Assembly: GCF_963506605.1 (NCBI RefSeq)
Contig: NC_083288.1
Span: 41,788,001 to 41,852,000, forward strand
Direction: 5' to 3'
DNA: 64,000 nucleotides
DNA from: Zootoca vivipara
Lineage: Eukaryota
The notes below the pieces were generated by a model. It worked only from the letters and a program-made list of their open reading frames with translations. It searched no databases and was not told the DNA's origin. The translations under genes and the position numbers were made by a program. This document shows, piece after piece, positions 60,876-64,000 of this stretch (positions are counted from its first letter, which is position 1; the number at the start of each line of letters is the position of its first letter).

Positions 60876-61328
60876 TTATTTATACCCCAACTACTCTGGG
60901 CATCTTCCAGCAAAATATTAAAATACAATAATTCATCAGATATTAAAAGCTTCCCTAAACAGGGCTGTCTTCAGATGTCTTCTAAATGTCAGATAGTTGT
61001 TTATTTATTTGACATCTGATGGGTGGGCGTTCCATAGGGCGGGCGCCACTACCAAGAAGGCTCTCCTCTGCCTGGTTCCCTGCAATTTCACTTCTCACAG
61101 TGTGGGAACTGACAGAAGGCCCTTGGCGCTGGACCTCAGTGTCCTGGCTGAACAATGGGGTGGGGCTGGAGATGCTCCTTCAGGTATACTGGACCCAGGA
61201 CGTTTTGGGCTTTATAGGTCAGCATCAACACTTTGAATTGTGCTTGGAAACATACTGGGAGCCAATGTAGTCTTTCAGGACCAGTGTTATGTGGTCTTGG
61301 CGGCCGCTCCCAGTCACCAGTCTAGCTG
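60805..61328 (-). mobile_element. L2 LINE 3' fragment with (TTA)n tail
   Basis: cagggctgtcttcagatgtcttctaaa, ttccatagggcgggcgccactacc: an L2-type 3' region next to an (AAT)n array. Confidence 0.7.
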
Positions 61329-62234
61329 CGGGGCAAACATTAGTCCTTGGAAGAGGCATGCCAAGGAAAGGGGGTATAGCCATGCTTCCCCCTTGACTTG
61401 TTGTTTTAGTGCAGCAACGTTTTAAAAATACATATTAATGAGCCTATGCAAGTTGCAAAAAGGGATCGGACAAATCTGCTAGTTTTGATATCTCTCAGTT
61501 CCTCTGTTTTCCAGGCAGTGCTCCACATTCCTGCATCAGTTTGCATTTTTTAAAAACGTCACCATGAAAATTCAGCAGCATTTTAGTGTTGATGTTTCCT
61601 AATAAACAGACTCCTCTATACAATTATGCCTGCCGTAAATATTTTCCATTATGCAATGCCTTTTATGTTACTTTCATGGATATGTACACTTCTCTTCAAT
61701 GCATTCTTACACACATTATTTGGTTGGAGAACTGCATCACAAAATTTTGTAAAGTGCAAATTTCAAGTGTTTGAGTTCACATATTGTTGTAGAGAATGCA
61801 GGCTGCGTAGGTTTGTGTTAAGTTTCAAACTGGATCAAATTTTTCCCCCACTCCTAATTCTAAAGCAGGGGTTCCCAAATTGTGATCCACAGACTACCAG
61901 GGGTCTGTGAGCTTCATTCAGGTGTCTGTAGAATGTGCATATTAAATATTTGTATTGATTTTAATTCTCTCTCTTTTGCGCCCCCCCCCCAATAATGTAT
62001 TTTCTTGTATTGCACTTTGAATTCTACAGAGTGGATGTTGTAATACAATAAAGTACAAGAAATAAAAGAAGCAATAAAAACACATCTAAAAAGCGTGCAC
62101 CATCTAGTCATAATGCACAATTAAAATTTCTACAGTGCTATATGTAGTTTTCCTTGCTTATTTGTTTGCTTTGTATGACAAAAAAAATCCTTAAGAAAAA
62201 CTCATTTAAAAAACTTATAATGCAGCATGCACTA

Positions 62235-62580
62235 TAATGAAGAGCTGTGAGACCTATGGGAGAATTCTGTCTCCCAAGGGATGGTGTTTCTGTGTATATA
62301 TTGCGCTGTTCTCATTGTTCTTGAGAGAGATGTTCCCAAGGTTCCTTTCAGTAAATGTTTAAAAAACTGCAGCCAGAGTTGGCCAATGGCACTGAAGCTG
62401 TGATCAGCACAGGCACATGGAATCTCCCTTCTATGAAGCTCACATTATGGTCCTTTTCCTTCTTCACGCCATCCAACCTGCATATAAGCAGCATGCCAGG
62501 GCTCAAGGAAGAATGTTCATTGCCCAAAATTCTTGCAGAGGCTTTCTGCTGAATGAGATGATGCTTTGACTCTTAATAAG
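62235..62580 (+). promoter_or_regulatory. Candidate promoter and 5' non-coding exon of a further OR whose CDS is outside the window
   Basis: taatga (62235), a perfect O/E site tcccaaggga (62272-62281), attgttcttgagagagatgttcccaag (62314-62340) and donor ttgactcttaataag|gtacat; collinear with the 55023-55413 block. Confidence 0.5.
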
Positions 62581-63227
62581 GTACATACAGTAAATGGGAA
62601 TTGTTACCAGAGCAAAAAAAGACTTGAGTGGGAACTGAGGAGGGATGAATTTGAATGTGCATCATCTTCGGGTGGGTTGGGTGGGTGCGGAACTTCTTCA
62701 TGGATATTTTCAGAATTACTATTGTAAGAGAGAGGGCTTGCAGAGAGCAGCCCACTCTGCTTACTTCCATCAGATGGGAGAGCAGCAGCAAGAGCATCAA
62801 GGCAGGAAGGAGGTTCCAGGGCTCTAGCAGCATACTGGAGCCTCAACTGCAGTTGGGAAGCAGAGAAGAAGGGGTGGAGCCAGCTGCATCAGAGGGTGGA
62901 AAGGAGAGGGAAGAATCAGTGACAGCTGAGGAGAAAGGTTTGACACAATGGGGATCCCGTAGCGCCAGTAGGAGTGGCATTTTGGGGACCAGTCTTAAAG
63001 GCTGGGTCAGAGCCTGCCAGAGGCTATTGCAGGCTTATGCCCCATGCAGAGCAGACATGATTTGAGACATCTCACCACTGTATATAGCATGCACAATAAA
63101 ACTCTGAAAATCCAGAGGAGGTGTGGAGTGCTTACTCGGGAGTAGCCAACACCCATCTGTGACAACTATTATTATTATTATTATTAGAATTTATATACGA
63201 CCCTATACCCAGGGGTCTCAGGGTGGT

Positions 63228-63228
<1 letters not shown>

Positions 63229-63264
<36 letters not shown>

Positions 63265-63505
63265 GATAGATAGATACTTTATTGTCATTGTACATAGTAC
63301 AGTACAATGAAATTGAATGCCATCCCATAAAAACAAAACAAAAACACAATTACAGCCACACACACACACACACACACACCCATCACAACTCCCCAGGATC
63401 ATATTATTTAGTTACAGCATTTAAGATTGTTACAGCTCTTGGATAGAAACTGTTTTTTAATCGATTTGTTCTTGATTTAATTGTTCTGTATCTCTTGCCC
63501 GAAGG
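63229..63505 (-). mobile_element. Rex1/Babar-like LINE 3' end with (ATCT)n tail
   Basis: PSGKRYRTIKSRTNRLKNSFYPRAVTILN; 3' UTR caatttcattgtac...tacaatgacaataaa (also present at about 19455-19490, plus strand). Confidence 0.75.
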
Positions 63506-63699
63506 TTCACAGAATAAAATCAAAATATAAAACCACAAAATATAAAACCCATCTTGTTCCCTCCCCTTAAGCTCTGGAGTATACCAGGGGGCCAAACGGG
63601 CTCCACAAAGTGTGAGAAGGGCGCTCAGGGCAGCAAAGCAAACAGTAAACCAGCAGAATCCCTAATCTGTCCCGATTGCCCAACGCCAGGAACACACAC

Positions 63700-63922
63700 T
63701 ACATTCCACCCCGTCTAGACAGAGAGCCTGAAGATAGAGAGAGAATCTTTATAGACCACAGAAACTCCCCCTCCCTGACCCTTGAGTCGGCCCTGCTGCT
63801 TCCCTGAGTACCCAGGAGGGCACAGCTGGGTGAGACCAACTCTACCCTGTTCACCCACCCAGGTTTCAGTGATACATGCCAGATCAGGTTCTTCATCCAT
63901 AATCAGATCATAGATGAGGGAG
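63700..63922 (-). mobile_element. L2/CR1-group LINE endonuclease fragment
   Basis: DLIMDEEPDLACITETW...PPGY...GGGV.VVYK: the APE endonuclease N-terminus. Confidence 0.75.
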
Positions 63923-64000
63923 ATCCATGGGCTACATCATGAAAGTCATAGTTTACATATAATAACAAAAATAAAATAAAAATGAATTTGAGGTATGATT

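Overview
This is eukaryotic (vertebrate) genomic DNA from a squamate reptile, probably a lacertid lizard, judging from the Sauria SINEs with (ACCTTT)n tails, CR1, BovB, L1, L2 and Penelope relics. The window is a mixed chemosensory receptor cluster. It holds four vomeronasal type-2 receptor (V2R, class C GPCR) loci: A (minus, exons 1-3, runs off the window start); B (minus, complete 6 exons, 876 aa); C (minus, pseudogene with a 7-bp frameshift and large deletions); and D (plus, complete 6 exons, 888 aa). It also holds five single-coding-exon class II olfactory receptors (ORs) of one OR6/OR11-like subfamily: four intact and one broken by a single nonsense base. V2R-D sits between OR genes. Exon boundaries were read by eye from GT/AG sites and give matching exon sizes between paralogues (292/228/127/902 bp). 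The intergenic DNA is full of SINEs, LINE fragments and hAT or Tc1/mariner MITEs, many with clean target-site duplications (TSDs). No prokaryotic-type system (CRISPR, operon) is present. The most notable observations are: (1) a promoter plus 5' non-coding-exon cassette shared by the ORs, which predicts a sixth OR beyond the window; (2) a 1.4-kb polyadenylated, TSD-flanked retro-insertion with an intact, unrecognised 153-aa ORF; (3) convergent CTCF-like motifs, one carried by a MITE, bracketing V2R-D; (4) the reconstructable deletion history of V2R-C; and (5) degenerate Penelope-type hammerhead ribozyme cores. All family assignments come from motif recognition, not database searches.
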